DNA of 64,000 nucleotides from positions 5,394,001-5,458,000 of the forward strand of contig NC_082717.1 of the NCBI RefSeq assembly GCF_030144855.1, written 5' to 3'. Below are positions 13,601-26,276 of the stretch, piece after piece (the stretch's first letter is position 1; each line of letters begins with the position of its first letter). The position numbers and the translations under genes were made by a program. A model generated the notes under the pieces. It had not been told where the DNA came from, did not search any database, and saw only the letters and a list, made by a program, of their open reading frames with translations. This stretch comes from Hypanus sabinus. Its lineage: Eukaryota.

Positions 13601-14310
13601 GAACTAAGATGATGAGAGGCATTGATTCTGTGGATAGTCAGAGGCTTTTTCCCAGGGCTGAAATGGTTGCCACAAGAGGGCACAGGTTTAAGGTGCTGGG
13701 GAGTAGGTACAGAGGAGATGTCAAGGGTAAGATTTTTACACAGAGAGTAGTGAGTTCATGGAATGGGGTGCCAGCAACAGTGGTGGAGGCAGATACGATA
13801 GGGTCTTTTAACAGACTTTTGGATAGGTACATGGAGCTTAGAAAAATAGAGGGCTATGGTTAAGCCTAGTAATTTCTAAGGGAGGGACACGTTTGGCTCA
13901 ACTTTGTGGGCCAAAAGGCCTGTAATGTGCTGTATGTTTTCCATGTTTTTATATTACTAAGACACACTAAAGCTTAACCTCCAGGTTGAGTCAGTTGTGA
14001 AGAAGGTGAATGCAATGTTGGCACTCATTTCGACAGGTATAGAATATAAGAGCAGGGATGTGATATAGAGAATTTACTTTAGTCAGAGAGTGGCTAATCT
14101 GTGTAATTTGCTGCCACGAGTGGCTGTGGAGACCAAGTCATTGGGTGTATTTAAGGCAGAGATAGACAGGTTCTTGATTAGCCAGGGCATCAAAGGGTAT
14201 GGGGTGAAGTCAGGGGAGTGAGGATGACTGGAAGAATTAGATCAGCCCATGATTGAATGGCGGAGCAGACTCAATGACTGAATGCCCTATTTCTGCTCCT
14301 ATATCTTATG
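10630..14310 (+). mobile_element. Stack of CR1 ORF2 fragments and 3' ends
   Basis: LRVDKSPGPDGMHPRVLKE; DVVYLDFQKTFDKV; [20 protein letters not shown]; KFADDTK; LVRPHLEYCAQF; LFPRAE...TRGH. Confidence 0.85.
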
Positions 14311-15599
14311 GCCTTATGGTCTCTGTCAAACAAATTTCCTCTTTACCTCTGCTCTAAAAGGTCTCTGTCTCCTCTAGTTCTGGATACTCCCACCAGAGGC
14401 AACGTCTTCTCCACGTCAACCCTAACGGTGGGTCTAATGGCCTACTTCTTCTCCTATATCTTATGGCCTTATAACTTCACTTGCCCTATCACTGAATTGT
14501 TCTCAAAAGCTATGGACTCACTTTCGAGGACTCTTCGCCTCATGTTCTAATTTACACATTGGTTGTTTGTCCATCCTGTTGGGTGAGGTCTTTCATTGAC
14601 TCAGTTGTGTTTCTTTGTATTTTCTGTGAATGCCCACAAAAATGAATCTCATGGTCGTATGTGGTGACATAAATGTACTTTGATAATAAATTTACCTTGA
14701 ACTTTGAACTATTGACTCACCAACTTTGGCCTCATCTTGCCCTTCCCTATTATATCAAGCAACTGTAAGGGCCCAACTCGAACACTCAATGTCCTGACCA
14801 ATAAGGCAGGTGTACCAAATCCTTCTTCACCATCATATCTACCTGAGTCACCACCTTCTGGGAATTGTGTACTTGTACCCTTAGGTCTTTCTGTTCTCCA
14901 ACACACCCTGCAATTTACTCTGGACATTAGCAAGGCATTTGGAATGGTCCTGAATGAGAGGCTGGTCTGGAAAGTGAAGTCAAATGGGCTGCAAAGCGAA
15001 CTTCCCAGTTGGATCCAACATTGGCTTGGTGATGGGAGGCAGAGGGTTGTGGTGGGAGATGCTTTACTGATTGGAGGTTGCAAGGTGATCAGTGATGTAC
15101 CATCGAGACTGGTGTTGGAAGGATTATTGTGATTTTGATTGATGTAAAATGTCAGAAACTTTCTCGTCCCATGCTAATGGCTTCAAAAGCAAGAGTGCAT
15201 GGGTTCAGTATGAGGAGAAGGAGTTTTGAATGTGATCTGAACATTTAGTACACTTAGAAATCTGGTTAATATCTGCAGATCTCTGCCTGAGATGGTTTTG
15301 GAATCAGATACAATCTGTAAGTTTTAGAGACATTTAAACAGGCGCTCAAATAGATAAGACAGAGAGGGATACGGAACAAATGGAATTCAGTCGATGGGGA
15401 AAAGGTCAGCATGGCTGTATTTCTCTGCTGTACAACTAGATGACCGTATGAGATGGAAGGGAGTTGTTGGATTTCAATGCTTTAATCCAAAGTTCCTTTG
15501 GAATTCAGGAATGAGGCCCAAAACCTGTTGCTTCAAGATTGGTTTATTAAGACCTAATGGAACAAAGAAAATTGGAAATAAACCTGCATAATAATCTGC

Positions 15600-15965
15600 C
15601 CATCACCCACTCCTTCTCCCTCTGGTTCCCCAGCCTTTATTCATAGTCTGCTGCCGTTTCCTATCAGATTCCTTCTTCTTCTTCAGTCCCTTGCCCCTTC
15701 CACCATCACTTCCCAGCTTCTCACATCATCCTTTAACCCCTCCCCGCACCTCCACCACTACCTCTCTCACCCTCCCCTCTAACCTGGACTCACATATCAC
15801 CTGCCAACTTGTGTTCCTCCACCTCCCTTCTACTCTTTTTATTCTGGCTTCTGCTCTCTTCCTTCCCAGCCCTGATGAAGAGTTCATGATCCAAAATATT
15901 GACTGTTTATTCCCATCCATAGATGCTGCCTGATCCACTGAATTCCTCCAGGATTGTGTGTGTGT
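15600..15965 (+). mobile_element. Penelope 3' tail fragment
   Basis: Pyrimidine-rich tail ending cctgatgaag...gatgctgcctga...gaattcctccag, as at 2541-2620. Confidence 0.6.
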
Positions 15966-16140
15966 TGCTTCAAACTAATTGCATCGTCAGTATCTCTGGT
16001 GTCTAAGATCCCTGAGGTTACAACAGAGACTGTGTCTTTAGTAGCCAAATGTAGCAATGTCCTGTGGGATGGGTCAGATATAAACCAGGGGGTAAGTGGT
16101 TTGTTTCAGTACTGTAAACGACTGTGTTCTTCTGTTCCAG

Positions 16141-16257
16141 TCAGAGCAACCAGAGATGTTTTATGCTGATATTCAGTTCCACTGGCAGAAGACAGCTCCA
16201 AAAATTGAAGTCACCGAGGAAACAACCGAATATGCCGTGGTCAAACGCGTCCAGTGA
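16141..16257 (+). CDS. Terminal exon of an inhibitory-type receptor (ITIM-like + ITSM)
   Basis: Acceptor tgtgttcttctgttccag|; phase 0; SEQPEMFYADIQFHWQKTAPKIEVTEETTEYAVVKRVQ*. Same layout as Siglec/PD-1-type tails. Upstream exons not identified. Confidence 0.8.
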   Translation, partial: SEQPEMFYADIQFHWQKTAPKIEVTEETTEYAVVKRVQ

Positions 16258-16287
16258 CTAAAAATAATTCTTCAGCAGCAGCCAGTT

Positions 16288-16293
16288 ATTAAA
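16288..16293 (+). terminator. Candidate polyadenylation signal ATTAAA for the ITIM/ITSM gene
   Basis: ATTAAA about 30 nt after the stop, followed by a GT/T-rich tract (tatgtgtgtgcttctttctgg). Confidence 0.35.
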
Positions 16294-17444
16294 TATGTGT
16301 GTGCTTCTTTCTGGTAAAAATCAGCACATGGGACTCCGGAATGTCACACCTCTCTCATTCCACCAACTACAACGTGATCCCACAATCACCACGTCCTCCC
16401 CTCCCCACCCCTTTCTGCTTTCCACAGGGTCTACAACTTCCTGGTCTGTCCATCTCTCCTCACCCATTTCTTCCCATTTCCAGGGACTTTCCCCTGCAGC
16501 TGCAGGAGATTAAACCCTCTCACAAATTCACAGTCAAACAGCAAGGATAAAGGCCGTTTTAAATATCATTAATGTACCTGCCTCACCCACTTGCTCTGGC
16601 AGTTCATTTCATATACTGGCCACTCTTTGGATAGGAGCATTTGATAGGGAGTGTGAGCATATCCCCACTATACCACTTCCCCCTCCCCACCACCCACCTG
16701 GCTACGACAACCTTAAAGGAACCCAGGAAAATAGATATCATTTGCTAACTTTATAGATCATTTTGTTAATTAAATACAGACAACCCCCATGTTACGGGAG
16801 ATGGTGGAGGGGTGTGGGGAGTTAGCATTCATTGAAGACCGAACACATTGCAATTTCCTGTAACGTGAAACCTTGTTGACAGCCGATCCTATAAGAAAGT
16901 GGGTGAGGCTTCAGCTCAATTACTGCTGTAATGTTCGGGCAGGTGGGGCTCGCCAGCCTTGGACAGCAACCTGCCTGGGCCAAGGAAAACTCTGATTTTA
17001 AATCTCCGCTGCCTTGCGGCCATACCCACCCATGGGAAAGGTTTTGGGAGTAAACCTTGAGGAAGAAATCCGGAACTCGGTTACCTAAGCCAGTCTGATG
17101 TTGTTTACAAATTTACGACACTGGTGCCAAGCTGTATTGGCGCTTGCCCTTCCCTTGGACTACGTCAGTGACGTGGACGGGGGAGCCCGCTGCATGGGCG
17201 ACAGCCGGTTCTTCAAATCTTCGCGCCCAGGATTGCGTCCTGGAGAGGTCACGATCCACCAGAGGCACAATCCCCTGGGAACGACGCTGCCTACTAATGA
17301 GGCATGTATCCTGCTTGTAGAAAAAGAGTTTACTCCCTCAATTTGTATTGTGTAAAAATTGCAATTTATTAATTTTGACAAGAAAAGCTGTGTGCAGCTT
17401 ACTTTCAATTATTGATATTGCTTTCTAAGTAACTTAATAAAATT

Positions 17445-17593
17445 ATTTTATTAACAGCAAAAAGGGAGCACGACATCTCGAAGACTGAGGGAGGAGCAGT
17501 GCCCCAACCTCCTTTATACAGCGGTCTGTGGGGGGAGCTACAGCAGCAGTCAGCAGAGGGGCGTGGCCAGACAGGTATACATGGTTTACCACA
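17445..17593 (-). mobile_element. Partial LTR (Gypsy-like)
   Basis: Minus strand begins TGTGGTAAACC and contains gtataaagg and AATAAA; 3' end missing. Confidence 0.5.
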
Positions 17594-18129
17594 GAGGTGG
17601 AGGTTTGGAAAGGGTAGAGAAGCAGTTCAGCAGAATGAGAGTTCAATTTGGTATCACGGTGAACAGCATGGCTTGTCCCTGTGCTGTGTTCATCTGTGTT
17701 CAATTGTCTGTGAAAAGGTGGTGGTGACTAGAACTCTTGTGTTTCTGCAGTCATCCTGATGGTTCAGAGATCTACCGGGGTCGAATACAGGAGTAAACGT
17801 AAAGGGATCATACCGATACAAGGTTTCACAGCCAGCTTTTACCTGAAGGAATGGTCAGCAATGGAAAATGTAGAGCCTATACAGTCAAAAGCAAGAGGAA
17901 ATTATCATTGCCAGCAGAGAAAAAGTGGAACAACACATGCACTATAGAGAGATGCTGTTGCGATTGGGAGGTGACGGGGTGATGGGGATAACAGACTCTA
18001 CCATGACGGCTATGATGAATGGCCTCCTCTGCCACACTCTCGCTGCTGATTGGGCCCAGGATGGACTTCCATGACGGGACACTGTGACTGCCATCGCTGC
18101 CCCCAACAGATCCATATTAACCTATTTTA

Positions 18130-18700
18130 GACCTCAAGACATAAAAGCAGAATTAGTCCATTCAGCCCATCGAGTCCGTTCCGCCATTTCATCATGGCTG
18201 ATCCCAGATCCCATTCAACCCCATACACCTGCCCTCTCACCATATCCTTTGATGTTCCAACTAATCATGAATCTATCATTTTTTTGCTTTAAATATACCC
18301 ACGGTCTTGGCCTCCACCACGGTCTGTGGCAGAGCATTCCATAGATTCACTACTCTCTGGCTAAAAGAATTCTTCTGTACTTCTATTTTGAAAGGTTAAC
18401 CCTCAATTTTGAAGCTGTGCCCTCTAGTGCTGGATACCCGCATCATAGGAAACATCCTCTCCACGTCCACCCTATCTAGTCCTTTCAGCATTCGGTTGGT
18501 ATCAATGAGATCCCCACATATTCTTCTAAATTCCAGTGAGTACAGGCCCAAAGCTGCCAAATGCTCTTCATATGCCAGCCACTTCAATGCCAGAATCATT
18601 CTCACAAAACCTCCTCTGGATGATCTCCAATGATAATACATGCTTTCCAAGATAAGGGGCCCAAAACTGTTACTAACTCTTACCAACATAGCCCAATCAC
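18130..18700 (-). mobile_element. CR1 3' fragment
   Basis: LYSLEFRR..GDLI...LKGLDRVDVERMFP...TRGHS. Confidence 0.8.
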
Positions 18701-18719
18701 CACCTATGCCTTCCTCGCA

Positions 18720-19530
18720 AACACGATGAAATCTGCAGATGCTGCAAATTCAAGGAACACACACAAAATGCTGGTGGAACACAGCAGGCCAGGCAGAATC
18801 TACAGGAAGAAGTACAGTCAAAGTTTCAGGCCGAGACCCTTCGTCAGGACTAACTGAAAGAAGAGATAATAAGAGATTTGAAAGTGGGAGGGGGAGGGGG
18901 AGAACCGAAATGATAGGAGAAGACAAGAGGGGGTGGGATGAAGCTAAGAGCTCGAAAGTTGATTGGCAAAAGGGATACACAGCTGGAGAAAGGAAAGAAT
19001 CATGGGACAGGAGGCCTAGGGAGAAAGAAATGGGGAGGGGAGCACCAGAGGGAGATGGAGTGAGGCAAGGACTGATTGTGAGAGGGACAGAGAGAGATAG
19101 AAAAAAGAGAGAANNNNNNNNNNNNNNNNNNNNNNNNNNNNNNNNNNNNNNNNNNNNNNNNNNNNNNNNNNNNNNNNNNNNNNNNNNNNNNNNNNNNNNN
19201 NNNNNNNNNNNNNNNNNNNNNNNNNNNNNNNNNNNNNNNNNNNNNNNNNNAAATAGATAAATAAGGCATAGGGTAAGATGGTGAGGAGGCATTAACGGAA
19301 GTTAGAGAAATCAGTGTTCATGCCATCAGGTTGGAGGATACCCAGATGGAATATCAGGTGTTGCTCCTCCAACCTGAGTGTGGCTTCATCTCGACAGTAG
19401 AGGTGGCATTGGATAGACATATCAGAATGGGAATTGGATGTGGGATTAAAATGTGTGGCCACTGGGAGATCCTGCTTTCTCTGGTGGACAGAGCGTAGGT
19501 GTTCAGCGAAATGCTCTCCCAGTCTGTGTC
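18720..19530 (-). mobile_element. Penelope GIY-YIG/tail fragment spanning an assembly gap
   Basis: Same tail as 2715-3177 in reverse; WPHILIP / EEQH motifs. Confidence 0.75.
19114..19250. other. Assembly gap (137 N)
   Basis: Run of N. Confidence 1.
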
Positions 19531-19829
19531 AGGTTTCAGCAAAATGGATATGGCTATGTCTATCCATGGCCGTCCCATTCTGATATGTCACAGAACCAGG
19601 ACTTGTGATATACACCACTGCTCCCTTGGCTTCACATGACCCTGATGGGGGAGAGGGCAAAGCAGGTGCTACACCGTACCCAAGGGTGACCTGTAGGTAG
19701 TGGAGGGGAGGAGTGCCTTTTCACCTCCTTTGATGGAGATGTATCTCCAATCCAACACCAACAGCAAACTGTAGATTTGTATAATTACAACATCAAAATA
19801 ACATTTGCACAAGTACATGGAGAGGAATG

Positions 19830-20140
19830 TTTTGACAATAGACAATAGACAATAGGTGCAGAAGTAGACCAGTCGGCCCCTCGAGTCTGCACCTCAGTCT
19901 GAGATCATGGCTGATCATTCACTATCAATACCCAGTCCCTGCCTTGTCCCCATATCCCTTGATTCCCCTATCCATCAGATATCTATCTAGCTCCTTCTTG
20001 AAAGCATCCAGAGAATTGGCCTCCACCGTCTTCCGAGGCAGTGCATTCCACACCTCCACAACTCTCTGGGAGAAGAAGTTTTTCCTCAACTCTGTTTTAA
20101 ATAACTGACCTCTTATTCTCAATCCATGCCCTCTGGTACT
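19830..20140 (-). mobile_element. CR1 3' end with (gacaata)n tail
   Basis: STRGHGLRIRGQLFKTELRKNFFSQRVVEVWNALP. Confidence 0.8.
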
Positions 20141-20395
20141 GGAGGGTTTTGGAGGGTTATCGGCCAAATTCAGGCCAGTGGGATCCATGCAGATAGGGGC
20201 ATCCTTGTCAGTATGGACTAGATGGGCTGAATGTTCACCGATTCGCTGTATTACTCTGTGAATCTATTTGTTCTGCTGTCAGTGTGATCAGGCTCAGAGA
20301 GTCTGAAGACTGACACTGTGAGTGCTGATGTGTAAAAGTCAAAACTACAATAATACATCAAGCAGGAGCATGTAGTGGAACATCAGCACTAACCA

Positions 20396-20435
20396 CTGAG
20401 ATATTTCTACTTGCTGCTCCTCGTCTCAATGACCG
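20396..20435 (+). pseudogene. Orphan leader-like exon without ATG
   Basis: CTG AGA TAT TTC TAC TTG CTG CTC CTC GTC TCA ATG ACC G|gtgagg = LRYFYLLLLVSMTG, phase-1 donor as in IgSF leaders. In-frame TAA just upstream. Confidence 0.25.
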
Positions 20436-20574
20436 GTGAGGCATTTTTGGGTCTATGAGCTCCGGGGACAAATGATCACAGGACAGAAATGCACCCTGAT
20501 GATTGGGATGATGGACTGATACTGCCCTCTGGTGGTGGTTGTGCTACATGACAAACACTTCTCTTCCACCAGGC

Positions 20575-21390
20575 AGCATCACGGGGAGAGAAACAGTCGA
20601 CGTTTTGGGCCAAAACCCTTTGGCAGGACTGGAGGAATAACGTTGAGGAGTAGATTTGAAAGATGGGGGGGGAGGGGAGAGAGAAACACCAGTTGATAGG
20701 TAAAATTTGGTGGGGGAGGGATGATACAAAGAGCTGGGAACTTGATTGGTGAAAGAGACAGAAGGCCATGGAAGAAAGAAAAAAGCATGGGGGAGGAGCG
20801 CCAGAGGGAGGCATTTGGTGGGCAAGGAGATAAAGTGAGAGAGGAAAAAGGGGATAAGATATGGTGAGGCGTGGGGAGACATTACTGAAAGTTTGAGAAA
20901 TCACTGTTGTGGACCTCCCATACAGAATATAAGGCGTTGTTCCTCCAACCCAAGAGTGGTCCTATAACGACAAAGGAGGAGGCCATGGAATACATATTGG
21001 AATGGGAATGGATGTGGAATTAAAATGGGTGGCAACAGGGAGACCCCACTTGTTCTGGCAGACAAAGCGTAGATGCTCAGTGAAGCGGTCTCCCAATATG
21101 CATTGAGATTTCCACTGAGGTTGGGTGAAACTGGAACTAGAGGTCATGGGTTAAGGCTGAAAGGTGAAATGTTAAAGGGGAACATGAGGGGGAACTTCTT
21201 CACTCAGAGGGTGGTGAGAGTGTGGTATGGCTTCAATTTGAGAATTGAAGAGAAATTTGGATAGGAACGTGGCTGGGAGAGCTATTGGAAGGCTTTGGTC
21301 CAGGAGCAGCTTGATAGAAGATTAATAGCTCAGCAGAAGCTAGATGGGCTGAAAGGCCTGTTTCTGTGCTGTAGTTTTCTATGACCTATA
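20575..21390. mobile_element. Penelope tail (minus) joined to a CR1 3' end (plus)
   Basis: GDRFTEHLR...VATHFNS on minus; GTRGHGLRLKGE...GNFFTQRVV on plus. Confidence 0.7.
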
Positions 21391-21984
21391 TCTTTTCGAT
21401 GAAGTAATTTCAAAACACAGTGAGAGAGGGAAACCAACCAACGACCCAGCTGCTGGGATAATATGGAGTGACTGAACCCTTACATCAGTATGGATTATTC
21501 AGACAGTCACTGTACCTCCAGGAACACACAACTATGTGACATAGACAATGGCCATTTGGCCTATCGTACTTGTGTTTTCAGGATAGGGGATAGAAAAATA
21601 ATCTTCCTCAATGTCCTGTAATAATGTGTCTAATCTTGTTCCAACTAATCTGAATCTCTGCTATTCAATTCCTTTAATGGAGGGATGTCCCTTTGGGTCA
21701 GAGATGAGGAGAGTTTATTTTTCAACCAGAGAGCAGTGCATCTGTGGAATTCATTGCCATAGACTGTCGTGGAGTCCAAATGATTGAGTATTTCAAAAGA
21801 AAAGGTTAATAGTTTCTTGATTAGTCAAGGTATTAAAGACTATAGGAAAAAGACAGGAGAATGGAATTGAGAGGGTTGATAAATCAGCCATGATGGAATG
21901 GCAGATCAGGTTCAATGGGCTGAATGGCTTAATTCTGCTCATATGTCTGAAAGTCATATGATCTAATAACAAGAGCATAAGCAT

Positions 21985-22465
21985 TGTCACAGAAAAGCAA
22001 CATCATCAGGGACCACTGCCACCTCACTGCCCAGGACATGCCCTCTTCTGACTACTGCCATCAGTTAGAAAGTACAAGAGCTTCAGGACTAACACCACCA
22101 GGATCAGGAACAGTTATTACCCTTCAACCATCAGGTTCTTGGTTAACTTCACTCATCCCATTATTGAAATGTTCCCACAACCTATGGACTCACTTTCAAG
22201 GACCATTCAATCCAGGTTCTTGATAGTTACTGCTTATTTATTTATTATTATTTATTCTTTCTTTTTGTATTTACACAGTTTGTTGTCTTTTGCACAAGGG
22301 TTGAATGCTCAAATTGGTGAGGTCTTTCATTGATTCTATTATGGTTATTATTCTATTAAGGATTTATTGAGTATGCCTGCAAGGAAATTAATCTCTGGAT
22401 TGTATATGGTGATGTATCTGATATGTCTGATATGTATTTGATAATAAGTTTACTGTGAACTTTGA
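21985..22465 (+). mobile_element. Rex1/L2-like 3' fragment
   Basis: agaaaagcaacatcatcagggacc...aggatcaggaacagttattacccttcaaccatcagg; ends at ataataagtttactgtgaactttgaac. Confidence 0.5.
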
Positions 22466-23469
22466 ACAAGGAATATTGTAGTCTCGGTCTGTGAACCAAT
22501 GTGGGATTTGACAGCTGCATGTACAAATAAAACTGTTCTTCCAGATGCTGAATCACTGTAGTTAAAGGAAAAGCAGACAGATTGTTGAAAGTTCAGAGAA
22601 TTGTGAGATGTGGACAAAAAGGGAGATAAGGCCTGGGGTAGACCATCCGTGGTCATAATGAGGAGTGGGACAGTCTGAGGGGCTGAATGGCCTACCCCAT
22701 TCTCCCACAGTCTAATGCACAACCTGGATTGACACTGGGTCCTGCACATTACCCGAACGGAAGGGAACGTGTTCAAACAGCACATCAGCTCAGAATCAGA
22801 GTTGGGAGTGGAGCTGAAACTAATTGTTACAAGTTGGACCAAGCTGAGACAGAACCTGCCTTTTCTCAGGAATGGCCCAAGCTCGAGGATAACTTGTCTT
22901 CACTCCAGCTTTGCGTTCCTCCTTCACCATCCCTTCTACCTGTATCACCACTTTCAGGGAATATACACCCCTTGTCGTTGGAGGTTGAATTAACGCCTTG
23001 CCCCAGTCATCATTCTTCAGCAATAATTCCACCTCATCAATTTCCATACTAATAGCATCACTTTTGATAGAATTGTTTTTTCTAACTGACATTAATTCAC
23101 CTTGAGCCTGTGGTCATCTTTAATTCAATACTCACCAGAATTACATTTCTGAAAGTTTGTTCATTCTTTCTGAAACATCACACTAGCAGATAAAGATAAA
23201 GAGAACACATTTGATCAAGTCCTCACCACAGTGACAGGTGGGGCTCAGAAACTCTGCAGACTTCAGGAATGCCTGTCTCCCTCGCCCTGGGATCCCTGGG
23301 GCTACTGCACTCCAGTGTCCTTGTAACAGTCCCTCCTGTGTCCCACTTTGAGAGAGGCAAGTGTGTTCCAAATCCTCGTCTTTCAGACAGACATACATCA
23401 CCTGCTGACATTCCCACCCAACATGGAACTTCACACAGTGGGTCTCAGCTGAAATCTTGCATTGATTCT

Positions 23470-23967
23470 TGTCAGGGTGCATATTAGGACCCGAGTTCAG
23501 GATCACACAGAGACTCGGAGGGGTTATTTATGAAAGAGAAAAAGCAAAAGAGTAGAACTTCCAATGTCTTAGATAACTTGGCTAGAACTTCACTAGGCAA
23601 GGATCAGGACAACAGAGCCAACATATGGTTAGCACTGCCTCTTGAAATACACTCCAGGGCACCAAAAAATCTGTTCCCTGACAAATAACAAGTTTACAAG
23701 TGACTTTTCTAATCAGAGACAAAAGCCAAAGGATACTTAGAAACATAGGATTGGATATGTGTAAAGTTCAGAGAATTAATTGGAAGTATTCAAGCACAAT
23801 TACAACTTAAAACTAGAGAAGAACTAACAATAACACAGAACAAACCCGAACTGCAACAATTATAGTTAACTATTATTATAGTTAATAACGTGCAAGGAAT
23901 ACAAAAAAGATCAACAGCAAAAACTCTGAGCTCTCTGAATATTCTACCGATACCCAAGGTCGTGACA
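23470..23967 (-). mobile_element. Probable solo LTR (~500 bp)
   Basis: Bounded by TGTCA...TGACA; no direct TSD found. Confidence 0.45.
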
Positions 23968-24939
23968 GAACTTCTCTCCAGCGGGCACCTGGAGGCTTAG
24001 CAGGTTACCGGGTGAAGGAGCAGTTTCTGGGGTACTGCAACTTTCTGTCTTTAATGGTGCTTTGCTGCACACTTGAGTGCTCAATAGGGAGGAGCCAATG
24101 TATTTTGCTACTGGAGGGGGATGTCGGTGCTTTGCTGCTGCTTATGAGTGGGAAGGGGGAGTTCAGGGGAGCTTTGGGATTCTAACATTTAACTATTATG
24201 TATTCTTTGAGGCACTTCTGTGTTTTCATGGATGTTTGCAAAGAAAAAGGATTTCAGGGTGTTATATCGTATAAATTTCGCTGACATTAAATGTACCTAT
24301 TGAAGTTGTAACTTGCATGTGACCGAATTAATTTTCCTAATGACTTTAAAGGGACCGGTAAACTGAGTGGCTAGTTTCCAGAATCCTAGCTTGAATGGAA
24401 GATCAGCAAGTCAGCTTGGCCAGCAGGGCAATCCAACCTCACAGCCAGGCCAGGTGTACGGGCATGGGAGCTCTTTGGCCTTGACTCTCCTCTCTGAATA
24501 GCTCACTCCACCTGCGCTGATTCTGCAGCATAGAACTACAGTTCATCGCTCGAATATGCTTCGCCTTTGCTCACCACTTCATTGTTTGTGGTGTTAATTT
24601 ACCACAATTTACATAAGACAGGGTGCTATTAGTAATATTTTTTGTCGAATATTTTGCTATCCTTAACCTGAAGATACAAAGTGGTATCAATTCCTAAGTG
24701 TTATGTTGTTTATGCTCCTATAATCTATGCAAGGTCTCAGGCTTCCATCCTTTTTGGTTACAAAATGGAATCATCCTCCTGCTGGAGAAGTGGAGAGATG
24801 ATAAACCTTGAGTCAAGTTCCTCTTGAATATATTTGTCCATGGGAAGCCTTTTGTGTCCACATGGAGAATGAGCCTTCCTCAATGTGTCCTGATGTCTCA
24901 GCCTGAAACATCGACTGTTTACTCTTTTACATTGACACT

Positions 24940-25765
24940 GCATAAGGTTCAGGAACCCTTAGGGAACAGTGATCACAATATGATCAAGTTCACTTTGAAA
25001 TTTGAAAGGGAAAAAATAAAATCTAATATGTCGGTATTTCAATGGAATAAAGGAAATTACAATGGCATGAGAGGGGAACTGGCTGAAGTTGACTGGAAAG
25101 GGACACTTGCAGGAAGGACAGCAGAGCAGCAATGGCTGGAGTTTCTGCAATGAGGGAAGTGCAAGACAAATACATTTGAAATAAGAAGAAACTTTCAAAG
25201 GGAAGAAGGACACTGCCGTGGCTGACAAATGAAGTCAGAGCCAAAGTAAAAACAAAAGAGAGGGCATGCATGGAAGCCAAAGGTACTGGGAAAATAAAGG
25301 ATTGGGAAGCTTTTAAAAACTTGCAGAAGGAAAGTAAGAAGGTCATTTGGAAGGAAAAGATGAATTATGAGGGGAAGCTGGTGACTGATATCAAAGAAGA
25401 TACTAAAATCTTTTTAAGTATATAAAGGGTAAAAGAGAGTCGAGAGTAGATATAGGACCAATGGAAAATGACACAGGAGATACTATAAAGAGAGATGCAG
25501 AGATGGCAGAGGAACTGAATACATATTTTGCATCAGTCTTCATAGTGGAAGACATTAGCAATATACCGAACATTCAAGAGTGTCAGGGAAGTGAGGTCTG
25601 TGCAGTGAAAGTTACGACTGAGAAGGTGCTCAGGAAGCTTAATGGTCTGAGGGTGGATAAATCTCCTGGACCTGATGGAACGCACCCTCGGGTTCTGAAG
25701 GAAGTGGCTGGAAAGACTGCAGAGGTGTTAACAATGATCTTTCAAGAATCAGTAGATTCTTACAT
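24940..25765 (+). mobile_element. CR1 ORF2 fragment
   Basis: EPLGNSDHNMIKF; LRVDKSPGPDGTHPRVLKE. Confidence 0.8.
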
Positions 25766-26276
25766 TCTCCCGCTAGGGGATGCTGTTTGTAAAGAGAGGC
25801 TGGTTCTGGGGTTGGAGGGGTTTTACTTCCGTTTACTTGTCCAGTGTGCATGTGTATAGCTTCTCTGCCATGTAAGAGAAAGCCTCTGTATATAAGTATC
25901 GGTTTTGCCATCCAGATAAAGTTGTTCCTTTGGGCATGCAGTTGTCGAGTAGTCCTTTTTCGAAGTAGAAGTTACCACACTCTCAAATGGAAAGCAACGT
26001 CTACACTGCAGCTGAAAGGAACAACTAAGAATTAAACGAATACCACTGGTCTTCAGAGACAGTTGACTCGACAGTCCAGTTTCTCAGGCAAGGCCGAATG
26101 CAGATAACGAAGCACAGCTATGTTCAAGTCTCGACATAAACTGCGACAGAATGAATGGAGTTAAATACTACCATAATGAAATGATGATAAGATGACACGT
26201 GCATATTCACAAATGCAATTGCCGAATCTGCTGTGCTGCCGAATCCGTGGTTGTGACAGATGCTGGAAATCCGAGC

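Noticed and set aside
16045-16091. Candidate phase 1-0 exon (KCSNVLWDGSDINQG|gtaagt) just upstream of the ITIM exon
   Set aside because: The implied intron is only 49 nt, below the usual vertebrate minimum; not accepted without cDNA.
16935-17330. GC-richer repeat resembling an RTE 5' UTR, possibly with an HDV-like ribozyme
   Set aside because: I could not build the nested double pseudoknot by eye; it needs a descriptor search.
17843-17876. Minus-strand mini-exon ALHFPLLTIPS|gtaaaa resembling the ITAM second exon
   Set aside because: No tyrosine, only the first codons are similar, and the upstream partner exon is unconvincing.
23131-23181. Minus-strand AG...|gtgagt bounded segment
   Set aside because: Stops in all frames from the main acceptor; no recognisable motif.
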